The notes: a model not told the origin generated them from the letters alone. A DNA stretch of 62,361 nt, filler included, from Chiloscyllium plagiosum (GCF_004010195.1; 3 parts of one record of this genome joined end to end with filler, not necessarily neighbours in it); one strand, 5' to 3'. Numbered from the whole stretch's first letter, positions 36,620-50,913 are shown. Translations and numbers: made by a program.

Positions 36620-38423
36620 GGACCATTGTGCCTGCTCTGCCATTCAATGAGATCGTGACTGATCTGATAATCCTCAACATCACTTTCTTGCCTTTTCCTA
36701 AGATCTCTTGACCCCCTTAAGTATCAAAAATCTGTCAATCACAGCATTGAACATTCTTAACAACAGCCTCTACAGTCATTAGATGTAAAAAAAAATCCAC
36801 AGAAATATCAGCATCTTAAATGGGGGACCCTTTACTCTGAGTTTTTGCTGTCTTGCCCCAAAACAAAGGGAAACAATTTCAGCATTTACCCTAACAAATC
36901 TAAAAGGTTTCAATATGGCTTCCTCTCATCCAGTGAGTACAGGCTCAATTCACTCAACCTCTTCTCACAAGAAAATTCCTCCATGCCTTGGATAAGCCGA
37001 ATGAACCTTATTTAGAATCCCTCCAACACCAGGATATCTTTCTTTAGATAAAACTTCACAGAATTCTAGGTGGAGTCAAAATTAATACCTTGTATGGTTT
37101 TAACAAGACTTCCTAATTTTTCTGCACCATTCTTCTTGAAATAAAGCCAAATATTCTAATTGCCTTCCCTAGTATGCTGAACTTCGATGCTGGCTTTTTG
37201 TGACTCATGCAAAAGGACCTCAAATCTACAGTCTTCACCTATTTAAATAATATTTACCTCTTCTATTGTTCCTGTCAAAGCGCATCATCTCATATAATAT
37301 TCCATTTGCCAAGTTCTTGCTTACTCACTTAATCTGGGAGAAAGTGAGGACTGCAGATGCTGGAGATCAGAGCTGAAAAATGTGTTGCTGGAAAAGCGCA
37401 ACAGGTCAGGCAGCATCCAAGGAGCAGGAGAATCGACGTTTCGGGCATAAGCCCTTCTTCAGGAATGAGGAGGGTGTGCCAAGCAGGCTAAGCTTCCTCC
37501 AGGCGTCGTGTTGCCATGGTCTGGCGATGGAGGAGGCCAAGGACCTGCATATCCTTGGCAGAGTGGGTGGGGCAGTTAAAGTGTTCAGCCACAGGGCGGT
37601 TGGGTTGGTTGGTGCGGGTGTCCCAGAGGTGTTCTCTGAAACGTTCCACAAGTAGGCAGCCTGTCTACCTCTGTACACTTTTGTGCCATCCTCATTACTT
37701 GCTTTCCCACAAATCTTTGTAACATCTGCAATCTTGATCATAGTACATTAAATTCCCTCTTCCAAGTCATTAACATATATTGTAAATAATTGAGGCTCCA
37801 GAATTGAATCTTTGGTAATCCACTAGTTATAATTTGCCATCCTGAGAATGCCTCCTTATGCCAAATCACTGTCTTCTATTAGTTAGCCAATTCTCTATCC
37901 ATGCTAACATATTACCTCCAACACCATGGGCTATTATCTTATTAAAAAATTATTATGTATGGCATCTTATTGAGTGTCCTTTGGAAATCCAAATGTATCA
38001 TGCCCACAGGTTCCCCTTTCCCAACCCTGCCTGTTACCTCCTTAAAGAATTCTAATAAATCTGTTGGGCATGATTTCCCCTTCATGAAGCCACACTGATT
38101 CTGCTTGATTATACTATCTATTTCAAAATGCTTTACTATTACATACTTAATAATAGAGTCTAACATCTTCCAAATGACAATATTAAGCTAACTGACCTGT
38201 TTTGTGTAACCATCCCTTTTTTTGAGTAGGAAGGTCACATTGGCTGCTTTCTAATCCTCTGGGACCTTTCCAGAAATAAAGATTCTTGGAAGATTGCTAC
38301 CTGTTCATCCATTGTTTCTGTAGCTGCTTCCTTTGATAAGCTAAGATGCAAGCTATGAGATTCATGGGATTTATTGGCCTCTAGCCCCATTAAATACTCT
38401 AGGACTTCTTCTCGAATGATAGA
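36620..38423 (-). mobile_element. Old CR1 LINE, interrupted at 37338-37665 and continuing at ~43172-43520
   Basis: QCGFMKGKSCPTDL, HLDFQ, KIADVTK remnants. Confidence 0.85.
37338..37665 (-). mobile_element. Internally deleted PLE fragment: GIY-YIG C-terminus, intact hammerhead (37430-37467) and tail
   Basis: Minus strand ERFREHLWDTRTNQPNRPVAEHFN, then cattc-CTGAAGA-a-GGGC ttat GCCC-GAAA-CG-TC-gattc. Confidence 0.88.
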
Positions 38424-41400
38424 TTTTTTTATAGATATTTTATTGAAAAAGAAGATTTTTAAGATTTTTTACAAAATTACAAAAATAATACAAACTAGTA
38501 TATTCCACTTTACAATATAATAACACACCAATATGAGAATGTTTTAAAAAACTAACTACTAATCTATTCTACAAACAACCAAACCATAAAATAAGGTATC
38601 ATACATTACTAACAATAAACAAATAGGTGAATAAATAACTAAATACATACACAAAATGAGATTCATATCAAGCCACAACAAAACCTGTATTTATACAGGA
38701 TTCCTCCTCCCAGGGGCCCCCGAACCAGCCAGAACCATTACCACGGCTAAACAAAGGTCCTGGACAATATGGCCGAAATATCTGTGTCAGCATAGTTCAA
38801 AAAGAGCTGCCATGTTCTATAAAATAATTCTGTTTTTTGGTGCACCATATTTGTAAGGAAGTCAAGGGGGACATATTCCATGACTATCCTGTACCAGTTT
38901 GAAAGTCCCGGGGGACCTTCGGATACCCAAATCACTAAAATATTTTTCATCGCACAAGAGGAAAGGATAGTGAATAATTTCCTCCCGTATACATCCAAAG
39001 AGGGGAAAATTGGGGAGCCCAAGAGTAGGGACACTGGGTCCAATCCAATCACCATACCCAAAATCTTTGTCAAGGCATTCGCTACTCTGTCCCAATACCT
39101 GCAGATCTTATGGCATGTCCACAGACAATGCGTGAGAGTACCAACTTCGATTTTGCATTTAGAACACATCGGAGATGCTCCTGCCTTGAACTTTTCAAGT
39201 CGATCGGTTGCCATGTGAGCCCTGTGAAATATCTTCAATTGAGTAGCCTGAGTTCTGTTACAGATAGAGATCTTGCTGGCATTTTCCCAGATGTCCTCCC
39301 ACATTTCTAAGGAGATTTCCAATCCTAATTCTTGATTCCAGGTTTTATATAACCATTCCATGTCCTTCAACATCTTATTACATAGTAAGTTGTAGAGAGT
39401 ACTGACTGAGGGCAGACCCATCAGCCGAAGCACTCTCCTTTCCCTATTCGATTTATAAGGGTTGATTATCAATGTGGTCTTCTTTTGTATAAAGTCTCAT
39501 ATTTGAAAATACAAAAAGAGGTCCCTGCTGGGCAGCCCAAACATCTGGTGTAATTGCTCAAAGGACATCATGACCTCCTCATTGAGCAAGTCTCCTAAAC
39601 AGGGGATACCTCTGGACTCCCAGATTTTGAATATAGCATTGGTCAGCCCTGGCTGAATCCTAATGTTCCCATTATAGGGGCATAAGGGGAGGTTTTTTTG
39701 CAGGTTACCCTCATCTTGTCACATTATCCTCTAGGCTTTGATTGTATTTAATACAATAGAGTTTTTACAATAATCCATAATAACTCTCATCTTGTCCATA
39801 AATAGTAAATTGATGAGGGGACATTTTGCTTGGGAAGCCTCAATATCTAACCAGATTGATTGTGAGTCAGAAGAAACCCAATCAGTTACATAAGATAATA
39901 GGGAGCTCAATTGGTACCTCCTGAAATCCGGAAAGTCCAGCCCTCCTCTTACTTTTGGAAGCTGCAGCTTTTCTAATTTGATAAGGGGCTGTCTATGATT
40001 CCAAATAAAGGAGCCGAGCCAACCATAAAGCTTACACAATGCCTGTCTCGGCAGCCTCAAAGGGAGCATTCTCATAGGGTATAAAAGACGAGGTAAAATA
40101 TTCATCTTAACTAAGGCAAGTCTACCTAACCAAGATATAGGGAGATCTTCTCAGCGTTGACGGTCCTGTCTTATTTTCTCTAATATGTGTGTATAATTGG
40201 CTTTATATAACTGACCAAATGTCGGAGTAATGAAAATACCTAAGTACAGAAAACCTTCTAGTGACCACTGAAATGGAAAACAGGATCTGTCCGGAAAATT
40301 GAATATACTGGCAAGGCCTCTCAATGGCATGGCCTCCGATTTCACAAAATTGATTTTGTAGCCTGAGAACATACCAAATAAATTGACCACTTGAATTAGG
40401 CAGGGCACAGATGTCAAAGGATTACTTAAGAAAAGAAGGACATCATCTGAATAGAGAGTAATTTTGTGTTTGCCCGATTCAACTTTCGGAGCCGTTATGT
40501 TAGGGTCAGTTTGTATAGCTTCCGCCAGCGGCTCAATCACCAGTGTAAATAATAATAGTGAGGGAGGACATCCCTGATGACAGCCTCTGTCGACACTAAA
40601 GCCATCCGAACTTAAGCCGTTGGTGATCACTGCTGCTTTGGAACCATTATATAATACTGAAACCCATTTAGCAAAGAGCTCTCCAATGCCGAACCGTTCC
40701 AGCGTATAAAAAAGATATGGCCATTCTACCCAATCGAATGCCTTCTCTGCATCAAGGATCAACTAAACTCAGTATCACTCCTTACTGGCAAGCTTGTGCC
40801 ATATTTAAGACTCTTCTAATGTTATTAGTTGATCTGCGACCCTTTATAAACCCCGTCTGGTCCTCTTTTATAATGAATAGTAAGACCCTCTCCAGGCTTA
40901 ATGGTAACATTTTTGAGACAATTTTAAAATCCACATCTAACAGGGATATGGGTCTGTATAAGAAGCAGTCTTCTGGGGTCTTTCCCTTCTTAAGAATGAG
41001 AGAGATATTTGCTTCTCTCAGCGAAGGCGGGAGGCAGCCCTGGCTATGTGAATAGTTATACATATTTATAAGTGGCTGGCCAGTTCCCCTACAAATTGTT
41101 TATAAAACTCAGCCTGGAATCTGTCTGGTCCAGTCGCTTTGCCACTCTGAAGCTGCCTCACCGCTTCCTGTACTTCATGGGTTGTCAGGGGGGCATTCAA
41201 GAATGACACCTGCTCTGAGGTTAGGCCCGGGAGGGCCAGTTTTTTAAAGAAAGACTCCATCTTCCTCGTTCTGTCCTCACAGTCCTGTGACTTATACAAT
41301 TCAAAATAGTATATTCTAAAGGCTGCATTGATCTTTTTACAATTACAAGTCAGGGTACCAGTACTCTCTCTAATAGATGTAATGGCTTGGGGAGCCTTTT

Positions 41401-42950
41401 AATTTCTGGCAATATGCGCTAGATACCTGCCAGACTTATCACCGTATTCGAATAGTCTTTGCTTCATGAATAATATCTCCTTCTTTGCTGTTTGAGTAAG
41501 TGTGGTATTCAAGATTGCCCTAAGGGCTGTGATCTGCTGTAGTTTAGTAATGAATGGCCTATCAGTATACGCTGTCTCACCTGCCTTTAGGTGAGCCTCG
41601 AGCAGACGCTGTTGCTCTCCCTTTTGTTTTTTCTGGGTCGCAGAATATGAGATGACCAGGCCTCGCGCATATGCCTTTGCAGTCTCCCACATCGTCGAAG
41701 GGTTACTGGCCATGTCTGCGTTGATATCCCAGAAGTTTTTAAATTCCTGTGAAAAATATTTTACGAACTTGCTATCCTTCAATAAAAAAATGGGTCCATA
41801 CACTAATGTCGGGGACCTATCCCATCATCACTAATCTTAACCTCCGTATATACTGCAGTATGGTCAGAAATAGTTATATTACCCATTTTACCCGGACAAT
41901 ATCGAGTTCAAGAGGGTCAAGGGGACAAAAAAACATATCGATTCTGGTATGGCACTTGTGTGGGCTAGAATAGAAAATAAAGTCTCTACCCTCGGGATGG
42001 AGACACCCCCACACATCTACCAGCCCCAAATCCCTATTCAGATCTGCCAGCTGCCTAGACCTCAAAAACATGCCCTCAGATCTCCTAGGTATCCTGTTCC
42101 TCTCTGGGTCAATAATACAATTAAAATCTCCCCCTATAATTGTATGGTGGACCCCAAGAGCCATCAACTTAGAGAACGCTTCTGTTACAAATTCAAAAGG
42201 GTGTGCCGGAGGGCAATAAAGATTCAAAATCCCATCTTCCTCTCTATATATTAGGGCTTTAATCAATATATACTGCCCAGACTCATCTTTTATCTGGCTT
42301 AGCATTTGGAAGGGAAGAATCTTCCGAATAAGAATGGCTACTCCCCTACTTTTTGAGCTGAAAGAGGAAAAGAACACTTGGCCAAACCCACCCTGTTGCA
42401 GCTTTGAGTGCTCCTTATCAAGTAGATGTGTCTTCTGTAAGAGAGCTACATCAATCCTTTCTTTTTTAAGATGTGATAATATCTTTTTCCTTTTGATTGG
42501 AAAGCGGCTCCCCTTGACATTCCAGGTGCACCACCTAAATGAATGGCTAGCCATGATCATCCAGGCAAGCCCGAGACCCCCCAGAAGGAAGAACCCCACC
42601 CAAAAAACATTGAATACAGTCCAAAAAGCAATTCACATTTTAAAAAACTCCTTAAAACAGTTAAATCAAAACAACTAAGAACTACTCCTAAATAAAAATA
42701 ACATAAATTTAAAGGAGGATTTTCCCCCTTGCTCACAGGGGGTGCTACTACCTTCCAATAACCCCACCATAATGTCTCCTAGCTAGAGCTCTTGCCTCAG
42801 CACAGGCATTACAAAATAAAATAAATCAATTCCAGTATCTTATAAAACAGAAATTAAAAGTGCATGACCCACCCACCCCCCTACACTATCACCTAGATAT
42901 ACTTAACAAAACAGCACAAGATAAAAATACAAAAGATTACAAAATTACAA
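38424..42950 (-). mobile_element. L1-clade LINE: essentially complete but frameshifted ORF2 (38747-42554), 3' UTR and poly(A); ORF1 absent
   Basis: TWNVKG, LLQKTHL, IGGDFNC (APE); YRPISLLDVDFKI, LDAEKAFD, GCHQGCP, LYSDD (RT); CSKC..THCLWTC (CCHC); AATAAA and A-tract at ~38424-38444. Confidence 0.95.
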
Positions 42951-43171
42951 GGAGAAAGTGAGGACTGCAGATGCTGGAGATCAGAGCTGAAAATGTGTCG
43001 CTGGAAAAGCGCAGCAGGTCAGGCAGCATCCAAGGAACAGGAGAATCAACGTTTCGGGCATGAGCCCTTCTTCAGGAATCATTCCTGAAGAAGGGCTTAT
43101 GCCCGAAACATCGATTCTCCTGTTCCTTTGATGCTGCCTGACCTGCTGTGCTTTTCCAGCAACACATTTTT
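42951..43171. mobile_element. Fold-back PLE mini-element with two hammerhead motifs
   Basis: Tail 42951-42989; arms ~42990-43079 and 43081-43170; CTGAAGA..GAAA cores on both strands; no TSD seen. Confidence 0.9.
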
Positions 43172-44199
43172 AAGTCCCCATTATTATTTATCCAGCCCCA
43201 TTGCTTAAGGAGCCTATGTTCACTTTGGCCTCTTTCTTCCTTCTTTTATATTTAAGGAAGCTCTGAGTATACACACTATGTACTGGTTTACCCTCAAAGT
43301 TTATTGTTTTGTTGGTTTGAAATCTTTCCCAATCTTCTGAATTACAACTAATCTTTACCACATTGTACGTTTTATTTTTCCAATTTGATACTATCCTTAC
43401 CCTCCTTGGCTAACCTTGGAATTTGATTATCCCCTTTATAGAACCCTGCTTGCTCACAGAGATAGATCTTTGTTGTGAGTCACCAATAAGTTTCTTGAAC
43501 GTTTACCAATGTTCATCAACCATCTTTCTACTGGACTAGTGAGGAGCACAGTCATTGTTGAGAGAGACTTTGCCTCAGCAAGACAGAGGCCGAGATGGTA
43601 TACCTGGAAATTTGAATCAACTTGGGAATTCTAAGCAATGGGAGAACGGGTGCTTTAAGTAAGGCTTACTGTAAGAACTAAAGTCTCCAGTAAAAAAAGG
43701 AGAATGGGAGAGGATAAAGATGTAAATCAAAAGGACTACCTGCACTGGTACCAGTTACAGAATGAAGTCATGAATGACAACATGATGTGAATGCAGAGAA
43801 AGCAGCTGATTGATGAATAGGACTAGTGAGTGTTTCCGGTCTGTAAAGTGATGGTAAAGTCTTCAGTTTGTGTTTAGTTTACTGGTCTATTTTTCTCTCC
43901 TTTTCTTAAACATAAGTTGGAAACCCAAAGCTTCATCAACCCTTCAATTCCAAAGAGGATAGGTTCGATACAGTGTGAAACCTCCAAACTATCTGACTGT
44001 GTGAGGCCAGAGACTTGCAACGAAATGGAGTTATGGTAAATATAATTACATGCATAGAAGTGTAAATGTTAACTGTGGGGGTTATGTTGTATCAGATAAT
44101 GGTTCCCCAGGGCTCAGATTGGATACTGCATTAAACTCCACCTGATCTGATGATATTGTAAGAACCTGGGTGGGGAAGTGGCAAAACAGTTTAGGATCA

Positions 44200-44505
44200 T
44201 ACAGAACTAAGACCTGGCTATTAATCCAGAGATCCAGCTAATATTCTGATGACCTGGGTTTGAATCATACCACAGCAAATGGTGGAATTTGAATTCAATA
44301 ACCATTTGGAATTAAGAATCTAATAATGACCAGGAATCCCTGGCCAGTTGTTGTGAAATCTCATCTGGTTCACTAATATCCTTCAGAGAAGGAAACTGTA
44401 ATTAACTGTTATCATTACCTGGTTTGGTTTTCATATGACTCCAGACCCACAGCAATGTGGTTAACTGCCCTCTGGGAATTTGGGATGAACAATAGGGAAT
44501 AAATA
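44200..44505 (+). mobile_element. Deu-domain SINE (SacSINE1-like)
   Basis: B box GGGTTTGAATC; CATCTGGTTCACTAATATCCTTCAGAGAAGGAAA and TGACTCCAGACCCACAGCAATGTGGTT..CTGCCCTCTG. Confidence 0.8.
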
Positions 44506-45704
44506 CAAAAACATATATGTCCAGTATTTCCTATAAAGGCCAGAATTTGGTGGTCACTTGTGGGTTTTCTTGTAGACAGTGGAGGTGAGGGCATGAAATC
44601 CTATGGGTGCCTCCTGTTGCCTATTCATCCATTCCTAACCTGACCATGACATGATCGGCAGTTGGCAAGGTCTTTGGCAGCCTGCATGCCCTTATGCCAA
44701 TTAAGGCAAATTAGTAGCCACTTATGCACTACATCCCACCTGACTGCGATTTTTGAGCTGTAGGAGCAGGTCAGCAATGATTGGGAATCTGGTGGATAAG
44801 GCCACTAGAGCTTTAGCTGGGAAAGGATGGGTGCATTACAGGTTGCTTTTTCCAATAAGTAGCCCATTTCTCCGGCCTGCCTGCCTTCTGCCTGTCTCCT
44901 TCCTTCCAGGCCATTACACCTTGAGTCCCAATCCTTTCAGTTCCTCCTCTCCTGGCCCTGCCAGGAGCCTCATCCCACAGCTTAACGATCACCAGGCTCC
45001 TGGCTATCTCCTGGACTGGATGGCATCCCAGCATTTCTCCTGATGCCCAGATTGGCTGGCATCTCTTAGGGTAGGGCTTCTTCCCCAGTTGAGAGTGGAT
45101 GACCACCGTCCATAAAGTCTTGCACAGACTGATCCTTGCTCCCCCATGACCACTTCCCTTCAAAGCTTCCATAATATTGGAAGCTGATCTTTCACCCTTA
45201 TGCCCTCTGGTGCAATGTTTCAGATCACTGCTTTAGACCATCTCTGGTTCACTTATTTGCTGTTCAATGCCCACCTCTTGATGGGAATAAAGGAAAGAAC
45301 TTGCATCTGTATGATGCATTAAATTACCTCCGTGATAGCCCAAAGCATTTCCATTTGCAAAGTGCAGTCAGTTTTGTGGCAGCCAACTTGTGCACAATAA
45401 AAACTCCACAATAGTAAATGAGTGAATGAAGAGATGAAAGAAAAACAATAATGCGGGAAGTGCTTGGCAGCTCAGGCATCAAATTCTGGACAGGGAAATA
45501 AATGTAAGTTGGTGGAGTGTTGAGGGATGGTCGGGGTGGTGGGGGGACGTTAAAATTTATCAGTTGTTGGGAGATATATAGTGAAGAAAATTAGAAATGT
45601 TGTACTGTACAAGAATTATAAGTTGTTGCTGCTCCCTATGCTTTTCCTGAAGGCAACGTCAGCAGCAACATGGCAATTGTAGTTGCTGATGAGACAATTG
45701 TAGA

Positions 45705-46056
45705 ATCCCTCCAGTGTGGATGTAGGCCATTTGGCCCATTGAATCCACACCAGCCCTCCAAAGAGCAACCCACCCAAACGGAACCCTCTACCCTATCCCT
45801 GTAACCCTGCATTTCCCATGGCTAATCCACCTAGCCTGCTCATCTCTGGACACTACAGTGCAATTTAACATGGCCAATCTACCTAACCTGCATGTCTTTA
45901 AACTGTGTGAGGAAACCGGAGCACCCAGAAGAAACCCAAGCAGACACGGAGAAAATGTACAAACTCCACACAGGCTGTCCCCCAAGGATGGAATTGAACC
46001 TAGGTTCGTGATACTGTGAGGTAGCAGTGCTAACCACTGAGCTGCCAGGCTGCCCA
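45705..46056 (-). mobile_element. Older HE1-type V-SINE
   Basis: Same head and core as 32234-32558 and 50612-50913. Confidence 0.88.
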
Positions 46057-47402
46057 ATGAACAGGCATTTTTCAAGGGCAATGGAATTTTACCTCCAGCA
46101 TACAGAGTTCCCACTGCCCCCATAGTATCTGCAGCTTATTCACTCATACAGCTTAACATTACATTGCATGAGTGAGGTAGGGGTTAAGGTTTGGGACTGC
46201 CATGAAATTAATATGATATCTGCATTTTTAAGATGTAAACAAATAAACCTGAGGTCATCAGCACACAGAGGCTTGCAATTCAATGATAATCTCCCAGAGA
46301 CTGATGTCATTGTGCCAGCTATGAAGAAGCGGCTATTATTACTGCCAACTGTTTTGATTCTCTAATTTATCCTACCCTTTGTCCATTCATCTCGGCAGCA
46401 ATCTTCACTGGATACACAATGGTGGCTGCTGGCCAGTCTTACACACATGAACACCGAATTACCCACTGTCTTCTCCACCTGCCCTAACTGGATAGCAATA
46501 CCAATGTAGGCTTCTTAATAGCCTCATCCTGGAAGATTACATAGACAATCCCAGTCAGGTTGAGGATAACTGGAAAATAGTCCCGCTGTCCAGAAAAAGG
46601 CATCTTAGCTACGAAATTTCAATCCAACGCTTTGGTTCAATGACCTTTAGTGAGAGGTCTGATTTGATCAAAGGTCTTCAACCTGAAGTATTAACTGACT
46701 TCATCTCTTCACAAATGCTGCCTGAACTGCTGAGAGTATTCAAAATTTTGCTTTTATTTTAGATTTCCAGCATTTGCCATAGTTTATTTTTCAAAGAGCA
46801 GATTATCTGTTTTAATAGAGATACGTTGGATGGGAGAGTAGGACTATGTCAACTGTTGGAGTGGGATTTGCTATGTGAAGGAGAGATTGGCCATTCTATT
46901 CTGATGGTAATCAACATGAACCCTCCACCTATAAAAGTATCAAGGCTGTTACCAAAGCCATTTGTGCCAGATCACACCAATTCATCTCATTTCTCTGTGA
47001 CAAAGTCAATGTTGCAACACGAGCTGTTGGCTTCAGCAGCATCACTGGCTTCTGCCTGGACCTCAGCCCTTAACTCCATTGTGGATCTTCTAACAGCACA
47101 TAGACTACAGTGGTTCAAGAAGGCAGTTCACCACTGCCTTCTCAAAGGCTACTAAGGATGGGCAATAAATGCCAGCCCATCCAGCAAGTCCCACATCACG
47201 TGAATGAATATAAAAATAAAATAGAAAGGAAAGAGTCCGAGATCATAATGAAGCTGCTTTCATTAAAAGAAAAGGATTCCATATCATTAATGAGAAAGTT
47301 ATTTATGATCATTCTTAGAAGTCAGGTTCCTTTCAGCTGCCTATGTCCTTGAGAACTTTTATGTTCCTGCTGTATTTGAGGGGTCAGATTCCTTACAGGA
47401 TG

Positions 47403-47720
47403 GAAGACAATGGCTACTTTCTGCAACCATGACTGATGGCTCCATTTCATAACACCCTGTCTGAGGCCAAACATAGATACAATCCAGTCCATGCTTTAAC
47501 CAGGATCATGTTGGAGAAGATGATTGGCCTGCTGAAGATGTGTTTCTGATGCTTCATTTGGTCCCAAGCAGGGGGCTTATGGAATAATTCAGGCAGAATG
47601 TGTCTCATCATCCTAGCATGCTGTGCTCTGCATGACTAGAGAGTCAGAGGATGTGATTGAGGCTGACAAGCTGGGAGAGTGGGAGTAGTCTTCTGAGGTG
47701 GAAGATGAGGATATTGAACC
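47403..47720 (+). pseudogene. PIF/Harbinger DDE transposase C-terminal remnant
   Basis: EDNGYFLQP*LMAPF..EAKHRYNPVHALTRIMLEKMIGLLKMCF*C..IILACCALHD, matching the family pattern GDxGYPL..YN..H..TR..VE..IG.LK.RF..ACC.LHN. Confidence 0.85.
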
Positions 47721-50611
47721 ATCAGTGGCATTCATATAAATTGTAAGTAATTGAAGACCCAATGGCACACCATTCATTATAATTTTGCAACCTGCAACAT
47801 TCCCATTCTACCGATCTGTTTCCTGTAAACTAATCTTCTATCTGTGTCAAAATGTTTTCTCTCCACCATGAGTTTTTATTTTCTGCAATAACCTTTAATG
47901 TGGCATGGTATCAAGTGGCATCTGGAAATCTAAGTATATTATATCTACAGGCTCCCCTTTATCTACACCACATGCTACTTCTTGAAAACAAATCCAGTGG
48001 ATTGGTTAAACACAACTTCCCTTTCAGACACATTCTTTGCTTTTTTTGTATAGACTGTCCAATCTTCTGACCTACCTTCTGTCTTTGCTTTCTATCTACA
48101 TTTGACACTGTGCTAGCTAACCTCAGCTAATTGTTCTGTCCCTTGGATCTTTTCTCATTTGTTGAACTGCATGTGTTGTCTGTAATCGGAAATGTCTGCA
48201 GTTGCATCTCTGTTGGATTTTTCCATTAACCTAGTTTTGCCAATTCACTTTAGCCAGATCGTCTTTCATGCCCTCATATCTACCTTCATTTAAGTTTTAA
48301 AACGATCCACTTCTCTTTCCCTCAAAAGTCAATTACTAGGGGTCGCAAAATTAAAGTGATTTATAAAAGGATTAGACAGGATACAAGGAAATTATTTTTC
48401 ACCCAGAAGGTGGTAAGTGTCCACAATCCCTTTAGGATTTAGGATCTCGGAGGTCTGCACGGCAGATAAAACATCCGAGGGACCATTGGTGACTGTCTGA
48501 ATTTCACTGCTCAGTTTTGTGGTTGAGACAAAAATCTTCAATTCATTTGAAAAGAACCTGGATTTATAATTGAAGCACTGTAACCCACATAGTTGGTGCT
48601 GAATTATAATGGATGGCTAATTTATTCAGCTGACACAGGCATAATGGGCAACTGACCTCTTTCTGTGTAATAATTTTCCTTTAGTTCCATACTTCCATGA
48701 GTCGTGTCTTCGTTAGTGAATCACATGTTTACTACTGTATTTGAGCATGAACCCTGAATATATGGTTAGAGCTGACATTTAAATAGGTTCTTCTCATTTT
48801 AAGGCCTTGTGATCAACCTGAGTTTATCAAATGTTAATAATGTGAGCAGAAATTTTAATTGGGTTTGAATCTGATAAATATAACACTGAGTTACGAATTC
48901 GAAATTGGCCTCATGCACTAAGTAAGGAGAGAATCAGATGAAAGAAAATTTCAATGTAAATAATAACAAAGTAACCTAATCTGAAAACAAGCCGTTCTAA
49001 AGACAGGAATATTAAAGGCATTATATCCATTATTTGCTCTTGAGGAAGTATTTTGTGACATTGGATGAATGGTAGATTTTTCTGAATGTTATTTTATCTT
49101 CCATTGTATCAATCAGAAAAGACTCCAGCTAGAATAATAATCCATCCTCATGGCTACACAGCTCAACCCCAACAGTCAATATCCCTTTATGTTCCATAAT
49201 GTCCCATGCATCAAGTATCTCAGTTTATACTAATCCACAAAATAACTGACCACTATTCCCAGTCAGAACCTGATACAATTCCTTTTTGAAAGGGGTAACC
49301 TTGTGGATATTACTTCCACTTTTCATAGTGTCTACTCTGTGATGAGTGAAATCCTTTACAACTCTACTTGAGGCTTGATCACTTTAACTCCTGTGTACAT
49401 AAATCCTATAGACTGATTTACATAAGTGCATTACCTTTTTAATTGCAATGCATTGCCTTAAAGTACAGCTTACATTTGGACATTTTCACCTGTCAATAAT
49501 TGAGCTAAACCTACTATTTGAAGCTGATAATAATAGAATACAGATAAACGAGATTAATATTCTTAATGTGGTTCGCTTTGAAGCTTCTCACTCTCTACAA
49601 GGGGAGTGTTTTAAGAGTGTACTTGTGCAATGTTAGCTATTGCTCATTGACACCTGACACTTACTAATCTTGCAGATATACTGAAGGCAATGAACAGAGG
49701 TCAACACTGTACTACATAAGCAAAGTTTGAATTTCTTTTTTGCGACCTGTGTTGCTAAAAAGTAGAACATTTTTCAAAGTTGATGTGCTTTAATACTTTA
49801 ACAATGCTGCATCCATATCAAAGACATAAAACTTCCAGTTCGGAGGATGGATAGGCCATTCAGCCCCTGGGGAATTTTCGACCTTTTAATAAGATGATAG
49901 CTGATCAGACTGAGGCCTCAACTCCACTTCCTTGCCTTACCACAATAATCTTTGACTTTCTTGTTACTTCATCTAACCTTTGCCTTAAAAATATTCAACA
50001 ACCCTTCCTCTGCCACTCTTCAGGGAAAAGAGTTGCACAGACTCATATCCCTTTAGGAGAAAATATTTCTCCTGATATTCATCTTAATTGGGAGACTCCT
50101 TATTTTTAATCTGTGTCTCCTGGTTTGAGTCCATCCTACATTCTTTCAGCGTACATCCTGTCAACCTGTCTCAGTATCTCATATGTTTCACATCTCATTC
50201 TTCTAAACTTCAGTGGCTACAGGCCTGACCTTGTCTCATTGGACAGACCTGTCACCTCAATCAAGTGAACCTTCTTTGAAGTGAATGGGCACCTATAAGC
50301 TCAGTATGACAGATTCTGATTTGACGACAGAGGTGTGTTGACCCACCATGGTACATTACTGTAAACATCTAAAACAAGCCATGTAAACATTGAAACCACT
50401 CATTGTAATATCTAAGTTGCTGTCCTACATGTGCTTTAGGATCCTTCTGAGAAATTGTCCAGCTCTATCACCACATGAAGACTCACAAAGTAAGTCATAG
50501 CACTAATGGACAGCAAGAATGTGCTAATTCCTAGTTGGACAGATTGGTTTTTGTGGTCTGCATGAAGCTCCAACCTATGTTGTAGTCAGATTCTTCATGG
50601 TCTAAGTCATT

Positions 50612-50913
50612 GGGCGGCACGGTGGCACAGTGGTTAGCACTGCTGCCTCACAGCGCCAGAGACCTGGGTTCAATTCCCACCTCAGGCAACTGTCTGTGTG
50701 GAGTTTGCACACTCTCCCTGTGTCTGCATGGGTTTCCTCTGGGTGCTCCGGTTTTCTCCCACAGTCCAAAAATGTGCAGGTTAGGTGAATTGGCCATGCT
50801 AAATTGCCCGTAGTGTTAGGTGTAGGGGAATGGGTCTGGGTGGGGGTGGTTTGGTGTGGACTTGTTGGGTCAAAGGGCCAGTTTCCACACTGTAATTAAT
50901 CTAATCTAAAAAA
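50612..50913 (+). mobile_element. HE1-type tRNA-derived V-SINE
   Basis: GGGCGGCACGGTGGCACAGTGGTTAGCAC head, V core, (AATCT)n tail. Confidence 0.93.

Noticed and set aside
50612..50685. Functional tRNA genes at SINE heads (also ~32485-32558, ~45985-46056, ~1534-1600)
   Set aside because: They continue into SINE bodies and lack a proper cloverleaf and terminator.
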